Below are positions 1 through 13,154 of a DNA stretch of 64,000 nucleotides, one piece after another; position 1 is the stretch's first letter; every line of letters begins with the position of its first letter. The notes beneath the pieces were generated by a model. The model did no database searches. It was given only the letters and a program-made list of their open reading frames with translations, and was not told the origin of the DNA. Position numbers and translations under genes: made by a program. The stretch covers positions 1-64,000 of the forward strand of contig MU271382.1 in NCBI GenBank assembly GCA_021432655.1, in the 5' to 3' direction. The DNA is from Atractiella rhizophila (lineage: Eukaryota).

Positions 1-319
1 CTTACCCCCTCTGGCCTCTAGCCACACATGGGCATCATGCAGTGCGCTGTGTTGCTGTGTTGTCGCGACTCGCTTGAGAGAAAGGTGAGGCGTGTGGAGG
101 AGAATGGCGACAGAAGACGCCCCTAAGAGTCGGTGAGGCGCTAGAGTCAGGTGTACAATGCGGGGAAGGAGCTCGAAGGAGAGAAATAGGGATGGATGGA
201 AGCCGGAGGAAGATCAAGGCGGGAGGATGTGGAGACGAATGGAGCGGCTTCGAATACGGCACAAATGATCGATCAAATCACTCAACTTGAAGTCACGGTT
301 GAGAACATGGGATTGCTAA

Positions 320-782
320 GAGCCTGTTTGGCAACTCCCAAATTCGAAATCCTGGCTGATGTGAATTGGACGTGAATTGGACCCTAATCAGGCAATTCAG
401 CGTACCGTTTGGCGGCCATAAAATTGCAATTCTCAATCTGTGAATTGCAATTCACCCCAGCCAAGATTTCAAAAATCGAAATCGAGCTCCAGAGCTGTAT
501 TTCGATCTTAAATTTCCTGAATTCGTTGCCGGGAGATGGAACGGACACCTCTCGGTCCTGTCCATGACCGGGAATGTATTGAAACACCAAAAAAATGCGG
601 ATGAGGACTCATTTGCGGCATGCTCACGGCCAAGCGAATGCAAGCAAATTTTCCAAATCAGAATTGCGTTTGGCAACAGCTTGAATTCAAATTCTCAATT
701 CAGGAAGCTGCTTGAATTGGATTCCCAATTCAGGCAATTCACAAAATTCGAATTCAGGCTGAATTGGCAGCCAAACGGGCTC
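320..782. mobile_element. PIF/Harbinger (Tourist-like) MITE, 463 bp
   Basis: TIR GAGCCTGTTTGGC (320-332) vs GCCAAACGGGCTC (770-782), 12/13 match; TAA on both sides (317-319, 783-785); non-coding interior rich in GAATT/AATTC motifs. Confidence 0.85.
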
Positions 783-2729
783 TAAACGACGGCATCCGGA
801 TATGCACAAACAGGCAAGGACAACCTGCAGGAGTTAGCATGGACGACCTCCATCCTCTCAACCACCCTGTCCCTCCCAAATCGTGCCTCTCACCTCTGCT
901 CCCTCCCTCCCTTCCGCCTTGACAACGCGTCCAGTGACTTGTCTTTTGCCTTCGTCATCCACCTATCCGACTTCCCCTCGCCGGCTTGCTAGAACAAGGG
1001 TGGGAGTAGTCGACGAAAGGGCACGCTTCCTCATTCTCTAGTGTCTAGGAGTGGTGATGAGCAAGATTCCGGAATTGAGGGGGAAGAAGGGGATCGATGG
1101 AAAGCAGGTGCAGACGTAGAGATGGAGATCTGATGTCGAAGGAATGGCTGGACGAGAGGATTAGGAAGATTGAGGAGGGTCTCGAAGAGGAAATGGTTTT
1201 GAGTTAGGAGGCGGTATGGGAGAGAGCCGATGCAGTATCGGTGCTACTGCTTTCGGAGCGAGGACTACTAGCGAGGATGATGTGATAAGACAAGGATTGA
1301 GTACTGAGTGCTCACTGGTTGCCGAGTAACGATGGGGAGATGGAGCTGGGAAGGTTATGCTCGTTGAAGTTGTTGTCCGTCTTTCTTATTTTACACTCTT
1401 TTCTCTCCACAACACTAATGCTATGCAATGGAGCAGGAAGCAGCTGTGCGACAACGTCGACAATCTGCGACCTTATCCACAGTAAACAGGGTTACTTACA
1501 TAGTTTACATTGGCTTCCCGGAGCTACATTGACTACAGTCTGACAGCTCTTTAATATGATTACAATGACAATAACAAAAGACCTATACCATAAAGGGGGA
1601 GTGAGGTGGAATGCCAGAACAAAACGGAATATACTTTTCTGCTTGGAGTGGTGCCTTTCTGCGTTCAAATAAGACATGAAAGGGGAGGAAAACATATTTG
1701 TTGACGGGCATATCAACTTCACAGCATCTGAGGCGTCATTTCGCCGCCTATCCAACCATCAGCTCCACTCCTAAGTGTAGACAACAAACGATTTACCCTC
1801 GCTCTCTCTGTGCATATCTATCAGAATCTCGGCTGTTCTCTTGACGATGTCTCCATCGGGCAAAGAAGCTGTATTGGCAGGGTCAAGGAAGAAGTCTCGA
1901 AGGTTTTCCCACATTAGCAGTTGTACGTGACCGCCTGGGTTGGATGGATAGATGTATACGCCTTCGTGTGAGAAAGACAGGGGAGAAGGTTCTGTTTCTA
2001 CATATGGAAAAGAAACTCAGCTTTTTGAGGAGGTGGGACGGAAAAGGCTCGCGAGAAGACAAGCTCATCAGTTTTCACTGGCTGGAAATGCCTTTGGTGG
2101 TTGATCTTGCTGATTGCGATGTTTTGAGAGGCAATAGCTCGAGTAAGAGGATGTTTATATCCTTCGAACTGCAGTGTCGCTCGTTGAGCTCGTGAATCGG
2201 TTTTTCTACAGTTCGTACGGGAGCTACGCGTGAGCGAATCACAGACAACGTCAGTTGACAGGTACACCGCAGCAAACAAACGTCTAAACAAACCTCTCAA
2301 TGAAGAGAGCCTGAGTTGGGCTCATTACGTTGAATATGATAACCCCAAAGCATTAGTCTGTAAGTGTAAGATGCCAGGGTAAGCTCACGCTGCATATCAA
2401 CAACGGAGTGTGCAGACAAGTACAGAAGCAAAATTATTAAAGCGAAAATGCACACATACGCAAGAACAAACGTTTGGCGGCAAAGGGCGCCGTCGTTCCT
2501 TAGGCATCCCCTGACACCTGGAAGGAGTTTTTTGCCCCTTGAACTGAACCACAGCGCGACTGTAGGAGCGAGAGCTCGCGTATGGCGAGCACTATGAAAC
2601 AAAATAGAGAAGACATCACATGGTGATTGTGTGAGCCTTACATGATAATGTTTACTCTGAATAGAGTCGAACCCCGTGAGCGGATTGCGTCGGGATCATC
2701 CTCGGAGATGAACAGAGGGGTCGGACTCA

Positions 2730-2806
2730 GTCGGAGTTAAAACTGGTCGACCAGTTTTGCACTTCACAAACTGGTTGACCAGTTTTGGACCAGTTTTAAC
2801 CCCGAC
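2730..2806. repeat. 77-bp foldback/inverted-repeat cassette
   Basis: GTCGGAGTTAAAACTGGTC (2730-2748) vs GACCAGTTTTAACCCCGAC (2788-2806), 18/19 inverted; internal perfect 20-bp palindrome AAAACTGGTCGACCAGTTTT. Confidence 0.7.
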
Positions 2807-2947
2807 GATCTCCCACCCTGACGCGAATCATCTGACGTTTGCTCAGCAGACACCTCAGCTGAACTCTCCAAACTCGGAGCCCCAGGCTCCCTTCCACACC
2901 CTCGCAAGTTCATTCCTGTCACCCATCTCGACTTCTATGGTGGCGAC

Positions 2948-3760
2948 TTGGAAGAAGCGGTCAATCCTGTGATCGTCTGTGATGGGATGCATGCGTTTGG
3001 GTTGGAAGAGAAAGAGCCAGAGCAAGTGACTGGCACTAGGAAGAGGAAGAGGAGCACTGCAACTGTGCGACAATCGAACACTCAGAAGTGGCGCAATAGC
3101 GTGAAGGACGATGGAGATAATACGAGGATGGTGAGAGGATTCAGAAAGATCGCTACTTTTATTGACCATGACGCGCCGACCGAAGCTAGGCGTGTCAGCT
3201 CTTTGTTCCCTTCACATGTGACTAACTTTTGTTCACAGGCTGCATTCCACTTCTCAGAATCCCGACGCCGAGATGTACGCCTTTTCTTCCGTTCGTTCAT
3301 TGGAAAGGCCAAGCACTCACACCCTTAATAGCGCAAGAAGCGATGCATGGTCAATGATCGTACCGATGTTCCAATCGATGACTCATTACAAAGTTCGTTC
3401 TCTGCTACCCCCTTGATAGCAATTTGCAGCTGACTTTTATATATGTGGGAAAGTGAATCATTCTAATCGTGGAGATGACAGCAAAGAGCTTACTTGGTCC
3501 CTTGTATCCTCGATCGCGATCAAGCGGCAGCAGAACATGTTCGTCTTTATCCACGCATGGCCACCAGATACTTATTTACAAATCTTTTCGGAAACAGATT
3601 GGCCGCTCGCCGATCGTGTGCCAAGAAACAGGAACATGTCACGTCGCTCGAGCAGGAGGTGAACAAGTTGATGCACGAGAGGGACACATGGAAGCAGAAA
3701 GCTGAGATGTCCGAGGAGGAGTTACGGTGCGCCACTGGTGCAGACGCGTTCGGAGGCTGA
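2948..3760 (+). CDS. bZIP-domain protein (spliced; 5' end uncertain, possibly degenerate)
   Basis: NRLAARRSCAKKQEHVTSLEQEVNKLMHERDTWKQKAE is a basic region plus leucine zipper; upstream RKRKR-type NLS. Confidence 0.55.
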
Positions 3761-4068
3761 GGCAACAGCTATATGGGATTTTTTTTTCCTTATGGCGCGA
3801 GGACGCCATTTTGTCTCGTGAAGGACTTGGAGAAAGAATGGCTGTTTAACGAGCGTTTGTGTTGGTGGTGGGATTTTAGTGTAATAAGATGTACAACCCT
3901 CATCATTTCGAGCGATGCGGCCCAGTGCTCAATCCAAAGCTGGAGTGCGGTGCAGTCCCTCACAACTGCAACCAGATGCCTTCCCTTGCCGGAAGCTTCC
4001 ACAACAAACCAACTTGAAACCTTATCCTGATCCCATTCGCCGTTACGTCAACCCGTGTCAGAAATTCA

Positions 4069-7000
4069 TAGGGATGGCTATCGGAGTCGAACCGTACCAG
4101 GGTACGCCGGCTCGGATACCTATCGTATGTCGGTCGACTGAGGAAAAAAGGCTACGACTGACGATTCGACTCGAATACGGCCCCAAAAGTGTATCGAATC
4201 GCTGGAGGGTATTTTTTACGACTACGACACGATACACGATTCTGCATGCCCCGTTTTGGGGGAACGGCACCAATAGTAAGACGTTCCACCTTCCAGAAGG
4301 CACAAGCTAAAACACTCTTCAGTCCTCCGGACCTCCCATCACCATATAACCCTTGGCATCGGCATCGCTCTGTCTCTCCCACGTCTTGATCACAATTGAT
4401 TTCAACCATGGCAACAATGGAGAGCTTTCTTGGGCTAGGAAAGAGGACACGAACGTCGGTGGATATTGTGAAAAGGAACAATGAGGATGGAACTGCACTA
4501 AGTCAGTTCAAGAGGCGAAAAGATCAAGAGTACGAGTGAGCTTTTTCGTTTGTTTCGCAGTGGACGCTGCTGAGATGTACAGAAGGCTCAGAAAGATTCC
4601 GGGATATGCAGAACTAAAGGCTCTGCATGTAATGTCACATACGTTCCAACCAGACCCCAAATCACGTATGTTTGCAAAAGTTTTCTCATTTGCTTCGCTG
4701 AGACGAGTTCAGAGCACCACTTCACTTTTTGTCAAATGTCAACAACTCATTCATCAAGTTGCATCACTTCTCGAGGATGATGAGGAGCCTGTTCATCGTG
4801 CCTTTTCTCTCTGGACCCCAACAGTTACCGACATCGGAGGGAAACAAGGCCTGGTTGCTTTTCGAGCCCTCTGGTACAAACTCCTTCAGATCGACACGTC
4901 TCTCGTACCGGCTCCTCTCCTTGACACACGGAAAAGCTCCATCTGTGCAATTGCCTCACGGATACATTCCGTTCTTGTGGCTGAAGGCCATGGTGGCAAA
5001 ATGGGAGAGATGGACCTTGACTATGACCCCACAAAGGACCACAGCATTGCTTTAGGGGACGATGAAGAAGATCCGTTAGGGATGGATATTGACGGTGATG
5101 AGTTGGCGGAGTCATTGGAGCAGAACAAGAAGATGGATCCAAAAGGCAAGAAGAGTACAAGAACAACAGTTCATTTCGTTTTGTTGTCTCATTTAAGTTA
5201 GAACTCATTATTGCAACAGAACTCAATGAGCTGCCAGGTACCGGTCTCCACACTCGATCCTCTCCTACGGGATTCAACTAGCACCATGAATGCTGATCAA
5301 GTTCAAAATCATGTGAGTATGCTGACCATTCATCTGTGACATCCTGAGTCCTCTGTAGGTGTTGTCAAAGAAACGAAACCCAGTCTGGCTCTTCTACACA
5401 GTTATCTCGAAGTCGGAAGCATACCCTGATGTGCAAAACGGTCACATAGCGGGAACCACCTACGTTAAGTGTAATCACTGCCGTTGGACTCACCGGATCA
5501 CCAAAAGCAGCAATGGAAAGCTCACGCACCTCGAGGACCATCTTACCGGATCACCACGTCATTTCAAGAAGACTGGTCGGTTCTTTAAGTTGCTGAGGAA
5601 GAAATATGAAGATAAGGTGGCTATCACAGGGGACGAACGGAAGATGGCAATGAATCATACCCCTGTTTGTCTTTATCTTTTACACTTACTACTTGAGATA
5701 TTTATATGTGAATAGATTTTGGAGGAGTATGCTAAAAGATCTGGGAAACAGCTTGATATCATTGAACAGCTGCAGGGCATGGCCGCACGTTTCGGAGATC
5801 AGGTATGTTTTGTAGTCTGCACAAACCTTTTCTTGACTTTGGTTCTTCATTGCAGGCCTTTGATCAAACGAAGTTTGACCAACTTCTTGTCAACTTCTTT
5901 GTGGCTACAGATCAACCCTTTCAACTTGCGGAGGACCCACACTTCCGTGATCTCCTCCACTACCTCCAATACACCTACCCCACCATGAAACCTGAACATG
6001 CAGCCATCCCTGCCAAAGGAACTTCTTGGAACAGCGATGATGAAGGTGGAGCAACCGAAGAAGAAATAAATTCCGCGGACTCGGATATGAAGCATATGAA
6101 AGTGCCCATGAGGAGGAAGTTGAGGGAGAAAGTAATGAAAAAGGGTGATGATATAATGCAGGAACTCAAGAAGGAAATGAAGGTAAATGTTCTATAAGTG
6201 ATTGTAAATTGTCTTATTGATGGGGATACAGGAAGCAGATACAACGATCAATCATGCGCTTGATGCTTGGACTTCGGAGAATGGATTCCCTTTTCTGTGC
6301 ATTACTGGTGCTTACATCAACAAGGACTGGGAGCCTGTTGAACTTGTCCTGGACTTCACAGAGCTCCAAGGCTCTCATACTGGGGAGAATATGGCAGAGG
6401 CAGTATGGCGATGTGTTACCAATCTTGAAATCACTCACAAGGTCAGTCCCATAATAAAAAGTTTACAAGGACCATGCTAAGGGATAGATAACAGATAGGC
6501 TGCATCTAATAATGACAGCATGATAAGCTCTCTCGCTCGGCGATTTGCTTCACAAAAAATTCCCTTCAATGCAAAAGAACGCCGGATTCGATGCTTTCCC
6601 CATATTATCCACCTGGCTGTTCTCGCACTTCTCGACTCTCTTGGTGTATGGGCTAAGGTTGACGAAGATGGGAAGAAGCCAAAGCGGAAAACAAACTATC
6701 AAGAGTGCGTCACGGAGAAGCTTGGAACAGTTCATGATGATGCTGCGAGGGCAGAGGATGAGTATTTGGAGGGTGAGGTAAGTGTTCTTAGAGGTGCTAT
6801 TCCCAAAGTACGTCTTTCATTCCTTTCAGTTCAATCTGTACAGCTTATTGCTCTATCATCAGCTTCGTGCTTTAATTAGAGGTATCAGGAGTTCCCTCAA
6901 TCGACAAAACAACTGGCTACTCGAAACAACTAGCTACTGGAGCTCGAGAAGGCATTGACTGGGTGCAGAGCATGTCCGATGCTACTCTAAGGATGTTGAT

Positions 7001-8388
7001 CCTTGACATCCGCACACGTTGGGGCTCTACTCATGAGATGCTAGACTTGGCAAACAAGTGTAGACCTGCTATTGACCGCTACTTGGACCACTATGAATTT
7101 TCGGAAGAGGAACACTTGTCAGAAGCTGATTGGGAAGGAGTGGGTATTTTTTGCAAGTGCTTAGAGGCATTCCGTGATGTGACAATCCGGATGTCAACAA
7201 CTGTGAATCCTTGCCTCTCATCCACCCTTCTCCAGTATCACGGTTTGCTCAATCACCTGAACAAGATAATCAAGGATTTCCCCCCCAATCTCTCCAAAGC
7301 ATACCGAAGTGGTCTGGTTAATGCACATACAAAGCTTGCCGAGTACCACTACCATTCGGACGATTCTCCATACTACATCTATGCCGCTCGTAAGTACCTC
7401 CTCACTTCTAATTCTCATGTTTGTGTTTGGCTGACAATTTCTATCAAATGGGACTAGTTCTGGATCCTCGACTCGGACCAAAATTTTTCAAGCGCCCGAT
7501 CTTCAGCACATCCGAGAAGGCTGCTATTGAGAAGCACAAAAGTAATCTGATTGAATTATTCAAAACAAAGTACTTTCCAAAGTACGGTCGGCACATCCCA
7601 GTTCAGCCAGCCAACACCTCTGTCGAGCCCAGCTCTGCTGGATCTTACCTTGATGCGGCCTTCAACGATGTTGACTATAACGACAGTGATGATGACCTCA
7701 ACACGAGAAATGCAGCAGAAATTGAACCTATGCGAGAAGCCAACCATTATCTGAAACACCCCAAACTTCCTCTTCCTGCTTCTTCCAACATCTTTCAGTG
7801 GTACAAGAATCAATCGGTCGCATTGCCCGCATGGTCTCATATGGCAAGGGATATCCTTTCCATTCCTGGTTTGTCCTTGCTCTTTTGCTTTACTGGATTG
7901 TGAGCTCATCCTGACTGTTATAGGTTGCGCTGTTGGTGTTGAGCGCATTTTTTCCGGTGCGAGGGATACAATCGGTATTCGAAGGCATCGCTTGAAGCCA
8001 TCTACCATTCGGACCTTGATCATTGCAAAGGCTAAACTCAGATTGGATCGGGCAAGAGAACGAACGAAACTGTTGAAAATGCTTGAAGATGCTGAAAAGG
8101 AGAAACAGATGCGAACTCGGACTGAAGCATCCTAGGTTGGAACGATGTATCTTTGCTTATAATATTGCATTGTACATTCAGACATTCAGTTACCTCAGAG
8201 CAGCGCAGAATTAATCGTTAGACGAGCCGTAAACCTATCGACTTCGGCCGCCCATGTCGTGTCGGAGGCTATATCGAACGACAGTGATTTTGATGGTACG
8301 GGTACCGATACGATACGACTACGGCTTCAGAGCCGCCGCGAATCGACGAGGGCTGACCCGATTCGATTCGATTCGATAGCCATCCCTA
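4069..8388 (+). mobile_element. Full-length hAT DNA transposon, 4,320 bp
   Basis: Perfect 15-bp TIR TAGGGATGGCTATCG (4069-4083)/CGATAGCCATCCCTA (8374-8388); perfect 8-bp TSD GAAATTCA (4061-4068, 8389-8396); TCGA/CGAT-rich subterminal repeats. Confidence 0.96.
4408..8135 (+). pseudogene. hAT transposase, multi-exon, disrupted
   Basis: BED-like finger (VWLFY..VKCNHC..HLEDHL), LDAWTS, RIRCFPHIIHLA, TRWGST, LDPR, and the C-terminal dimerisation motif MARDILSIPG..VERIFS. Apparent frameshifts near 6505 and 6930. Confidence 0.88.
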
Positions 8389-9779
8389 GAAATTCACAAG
8401 CAGCCATGTCCCCTCCCACCAACGGCGATTCAGTTGGCGGTCTCGTCCGACACTCCTTAACGTTCTGGCATTTGCCTGAATCTGCCCTTCGAGATGACGA
8501 GTAGAAACAGATAGAGGATGGTACAATCGATTTCATGGTGCGGAAGCGAAAGTAACAAATTGCAGATAGCAGTCACGGTGGAGAAAGAGAGTTTTTGGTA
8601 CTCCTCGCAGACACTGATCCTCATCTCCTCCGCTCAACTCTCCATCCGGCCCTCTCCGTCAAACTCCACACCATCCCACAATGCCAGCGAACAGCTCAGC
8701 ATCGTTTTCTTTTCGCTCGCCGCTTTTTAGACGTCCATGGCTCCATCAAACTGCAGCTGCTATTGGATTTGCCACCTCAGGCCCCCAACGCACTCGCAAT
8801 GGGCATGGCCCCTTGAACCCGACGCTAATTCCGACCAGTTCACGCTGGATCCTCTCATGAAGATGTATGCTTTGCCCCCGTTTCACAGTAAAGGCCGAGA
8901 CTCCTTCTTTATGTCATTGGTTGAACTGGGGAGAGAATTTGATGCCTTCTACTCGATTCTATGCGGGCATTGGAGAAAGAGCTATGAAAAGCTTAGTATA
9001 ATTTGTTGCTGAAAGAACCCGGATGACAATATTAACAGAATTAAGTGATTCCGAAGATGTTCTCCATGAAGTTGAATGAATCTACCCAATTGCTCCTCAG
9101 TTGCTGAGTCGTGCAAATGGATTTGAATGTGTCTGCCCTTGCTATAACATTGTGAATTTCAGTGCCTGCTTCGGACGAGTCCATTGTGGATGAGATACCG
9201 CTTCCATGGAGGGTGCTCTGCTGATGAAATTGTCTGATTGACCTTGCAATCAGCGGAGCATTGTCTCTATCGGCCGTAACCTGACCTGCAAAGGTATAAA
9301 AACAGGAATGAGCTCCTGGCAATCACTCGTTGTTTTCTTGTCAGACATTGCATCATGTCCAAGCACACTCGAAAAGATTCTATGGGCTCAGACACCAGTC
9401 ATCAGCGCCACCGCCGAACACCCGATCCTCAAAATCACTGCCATTAAGCTTGACTCGTCAGATGATGATCTCAGGGAATCAGACTCCATTCGCAGGTCCC
9501 CTCGAAAGCATGCTCGAGAACTACCACGAGGGGTCGACTTCGAGATGGACACCAGCTTTGAAGGTTGGAAGGATGACGAGATCATTGGTTGGTCTGTTCC
9601 GATACTTCATCCTAATTTTCCTGCTGATATCACAATAGATTTCGACATCCAGCGCTGGGGAAGGTCCAAAGTTCAAAAGACAGTGACAAGCCGAGTGTTT
9701 ATCTTCATCATCATGAACGCCCTATCCTTTGTTGTGGGACGTATCTGAAGGACACACGATCTGGTAGAAAGTTGGGAGA

Positions 9780-11390
9780 ACTTCGCATTTTCTACACCTT
9801 TGTCTGTAAGACCGCCGCCGTCCTATGGCATCGCCCTCATACCCGTTCCGCTATCATCAGAAGGTTGGAAATCCTACACCACAGGGCCCAATGAATAATG
9901 CTGGGAGCCTTCAAGTCTACCCCCATATCTGCACTCTCTTTTGACTCCAACCTCCTTGACCCCCTTGCTCGCCTCGACAAGCTAGTCCTCCGCTGTGCTC
10001 TCCGCCTACTTACCCTTCCTGATTCAAACCCTGCTGGAGCATTAGCTCGCACCCGCAGGATTTCTTTCATAAATAAATTCCCTTCCCCACTTCACCACAT
10101 TTTTCACTCTTCCAACATCTCCTTTCCTATCGACCTCAAGATCCTAAACCCGCTTCCCCTCCCGCCCGACTTCCTCCCACTCTCCACCACCTTGATACCT
10201 GATTCTGAGGAACTTGTGTGTGAAGCGTATGACAAGATTGCTAACAACAGAACAGATCTTCATGTTTTTGCTGATGGCTTTAGTGGTGATAGAGGAGTGG
10301 GAGCTGTCACGGTGGAGTTGGAGTCAGGATGGAGAGGATATGTTGGGCTAGGAGAAGTGGGAAGGAACTCGGCCTTTCAGGCGGAGTTGACTGCCATCAG
10401 AGTCGCGCTAGGTCGCCTTTCAAGAGACGACGACATCCCCCCTAATGTGGTCATTTTCTCGACCAGTCAAAGCGCCATCATGGCCTTTGATGGCCGACCT
10501 AGTGCACGCCTGGGTCAACATATCCTCCTGGACGTTCACACGTTCCTCGCTACTCTTTCCAAACTACACCCTCACATTCGTTTCCGACTTCAGTGGACCC
10601 CTAGCCAATGCGACTTGGAGGACACCGAGGCAGCTAATAACATCGCGCAAGAAGCATCGAAGTCGGACGAGGCCCAACCTCCTTATCCTTTCCCTTTCAG
10701 TCCGTCCTCCTTTTTCCACACCATTCGTTCTCTTGTTCTCCCTCCGCCTTTGAGCCACAACACATCCAAGCACCACAACAAGCCAAAGGCGAACTTTCAT
10801 CAACTGTCACCTACAAAATGCTTTCAGAACTGCCAAGACCGGTAGCCCCCATGGCGGTTCAACTAAGATCGGGTCACATTGCACCGAAGAAAGGTGCAAA
10901 AGTCCCCTTTCTGTGAGCGCTCCCATGAAACAGTCATGTACTACCTTTTGTCGTGTGAGAGATACAGAAGACATCACAGCACCCTGAAGGCAAACTTGGC
11001 CAAAGTACGTATACAGCTTACGAGCTACACCGCAGTCCTCTCCAACCCTGATGCCCTCCCACCGCTATGGAAGTTCATCTGTACAACCAGGAGGTTTCCC
11101 ACCCATGCTTGCGCCACCGAGAGGATCCTCAGACACAAGAAGAAGAAGCATGATGCTTCCCTGCCGTCTGGCATCCGTGTTGGAGTAGGTTGAGATGGCC
11201 TTCGCCCTCCCCTCACGAAGTCACTCCCCAAAGTTAAGCCTTTCTGAATCCTTCTCTTTCCCTTCAAATTTGGACTTCCTTTTCACCGCTTTCCTTTCTT
11301 CCTTTAAGTCTGCCCTTTCTATCTCCCACAGTGACTTTCTTGTATTCATTGTACTTCTACTTATTTTATTCCCCTTTTACAGAACACACA
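9780..11390 (+). mobile_element. 5'-truncated non-LTR retrotransposon (Tad1/I-like): RNase H and C-terminal Cys/His region
   Basis: LGAFKSTP, VFADG..GVGA, SAFQAELTAI, IFSTSQSAI, LQWTPS, LRSGH, C..ETV..LL.C; catalytic residues degenerate, frameshift near 10800; boundaries approximate. Confidence 0.8.
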
Positions 11391-11553
11391 TCTAACATTC
11401 TTTTAGAATAGCCGCAATCAAGTATCGCGTCAAAGCCATCCCTTCAAGGAAGCTTTGTCTCTTACCCAGCCATCTTAGACGTCATGCAAAACCCAGGAGA
11501 ACACTACACCTTGCAAGGGACCGTGATTAGGAGGAGACAACCGAAGTCACGTT

Positions 11554-11718
11554 TGTCAGAGTTTGGCACCGTTTTAAGCTGCATTCGTGCCACTGTCATT
11601 TGTGGCTCTAGTTTTCTTTCCCCTTTGCCGTTTCTCTCATTTTGCCAAGTTCCTTAAGGTATAAAAAGTCCATGATAATTTCATTGTAATTCATTCCTTT
11701 CGACCCTTTGAATCAACA
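11554..11718 (+). mobile_element. Solo LTR, 165 bp (copy 1)
   Basis: TGT...ACA termini, TATAAAA inside, 5-bp TSD ACGTT (11549-11553, 11719-11723). Confidence 0.9.
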
Positions 11719-12200
11719 ACGTTATGGTGAGGGATGACTTCATCAGCTTCATTCCAGTATTACCTACTTCCGAGTGAGAGATCATTTTCTTCATCCTCTG
11801 ATTAAGCTTGCTCACAATTAGTGTAGTGACTCATGGAGCGCGGATTCCGTAATGGAGAGCTTCGCTTCTTTCCTGAACTCTCCACTTGCACCTCTCACAG
11901 TGGCTTCCATTGATTTGTGGCGCATGTACGCCTCAGGCTACTCTCTCAGGGGCTCTGGGGCCTGGGATTTGATCTGGTGCTATCCTGCCAACTTCTCTGC
12001 GCACTCATCAGCTCTGGGGGACCCATCAGCCTTTCAGATAAAGATTATAAGGCCGTAGCTACAGCTAGACTTCCTGTTTGGGGATTCGCTGGGACTGAAG
12101 ATAAGGGAACGTTCGAGTCTGACGTGAGGAACGCCATCGACTCTTTGAATGCCCAAGGGGGAACGGAACTTTCACTCTCATCGAAGGAGCCGATCATTAC

Positions 12201-12365
12201 TGTCAGAGTTTGGCACCGTTTTAAGCTGCATTCGTGCCACTGTCATTTGTGGCTCTAGTTTTCTCTCCCCTTTGCCGTTTCTCTCTTTTTGCCGAGTTCC
12301 TTAAGGTATAAAAAGTCCATTATAACTTCATTGTAATTCATTCCTTTCGACCCTTGGAATCAACA
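12201..12365 (+). mobile_element. Solo LTR, 165 bp (copy 2)
   Basis: Near-identical to 11554-11718; has its own 5-bp TSD ATTAC (12196-12200, 12366-12370). Confidence 0.9.
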
Positions 12366-13154
12366 ATTACGTCGAATCGTTCGCACCTTCGGAGTATGAC
12401 AATGGAGCCGGATTCGACTTCTTCCTCGCTAATTCGAAAATGGCTCAACCTCTCCTGGTAAGTGTTCTCTCAACGTTGGATTGATTCTCAAGGAGAAGCT
12501 ATGTAATCGGTATTGATACTACCTCTCTTTCCCTTCCAGTCTCGACCCTGATGCCAATCCTCACATCTGTCTCCAGCAGTTGCTCCTGTTCCCTGACCGT
12601 ATTCCCAGCGAGCATTACTGTGACGCTCTGATCACATTGATTTCGTTCGTTTTGGCTTGTTTTAGGACTTTGATCTCAAACCCATACTACCCAAACAGTA
12701 CAAAAGCATCAAATTCGAAAAAAGAAATTGACATATTTGTACCTGTGAAGAATTAGGAAGAATTACTTTCGTTAACGGTGCGTTGTTTTGTGTAGCTGCT
12801 AGGCTTTAGGTTTTGAAAGAAAACACGACAATCTTTCTTTCCTGTTGTACAATCTTGTGATCTCAGCAATGCTCTCGCTTCAGAATTGTAGAATAGTCAA
12901 ACAGCTGATGAAATATAGTGTACGAAGGGTGTAAACCGAAACGCTCCAGTTAGGCAATCGCAGAAAGACCTAGTTCTCAAAATCTTGTTGCTAACACCCA
13001 TGTTCAAAATGCTGATAACACCGCCGTAACCACAGGCATATCATGGACGCGACGGGGATCTTTTCATTCCCGTGACATGCAGGACACACGAATATTCTAA
13101 CGGGCATGTAAGTTTGTCCTCCTCTTTGCCTGTCAATTCGTCCACTCTCCATTG

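Larger units (their letters stand above)
11410..12470 (+). pseudogene. Alpha/beta-hydrolase (esterase/peptidase-like) remnant interrupted by two solo LTRs
   Basis: RMYASGYSLRGSGAWDL (degenerate GxSxG), LPVWGFAGTED; frameshifted; boundaries approximate. Confidence 0.55.

Noticed and set aside
320..782. CRISPR-like or iteron-like short repeat arrays here and at other TE ends
   Set aside because: No constant repeat-spacer period; they are subterminal motifs inside TIR/TSD-bounded elements in a eukaryotic genome
8400..9750. Possible spliced gene remnant between the hAT and the LINE
   Set aside because: No recognisable domain or consistent exon chain
11554..12365. Single TRIM/mini LTR retrotransposon
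   Set aside because: Each repeat has its own distinct 5-bp TSD, and the interior is host hydrolase sequence without evident PBS or PPT
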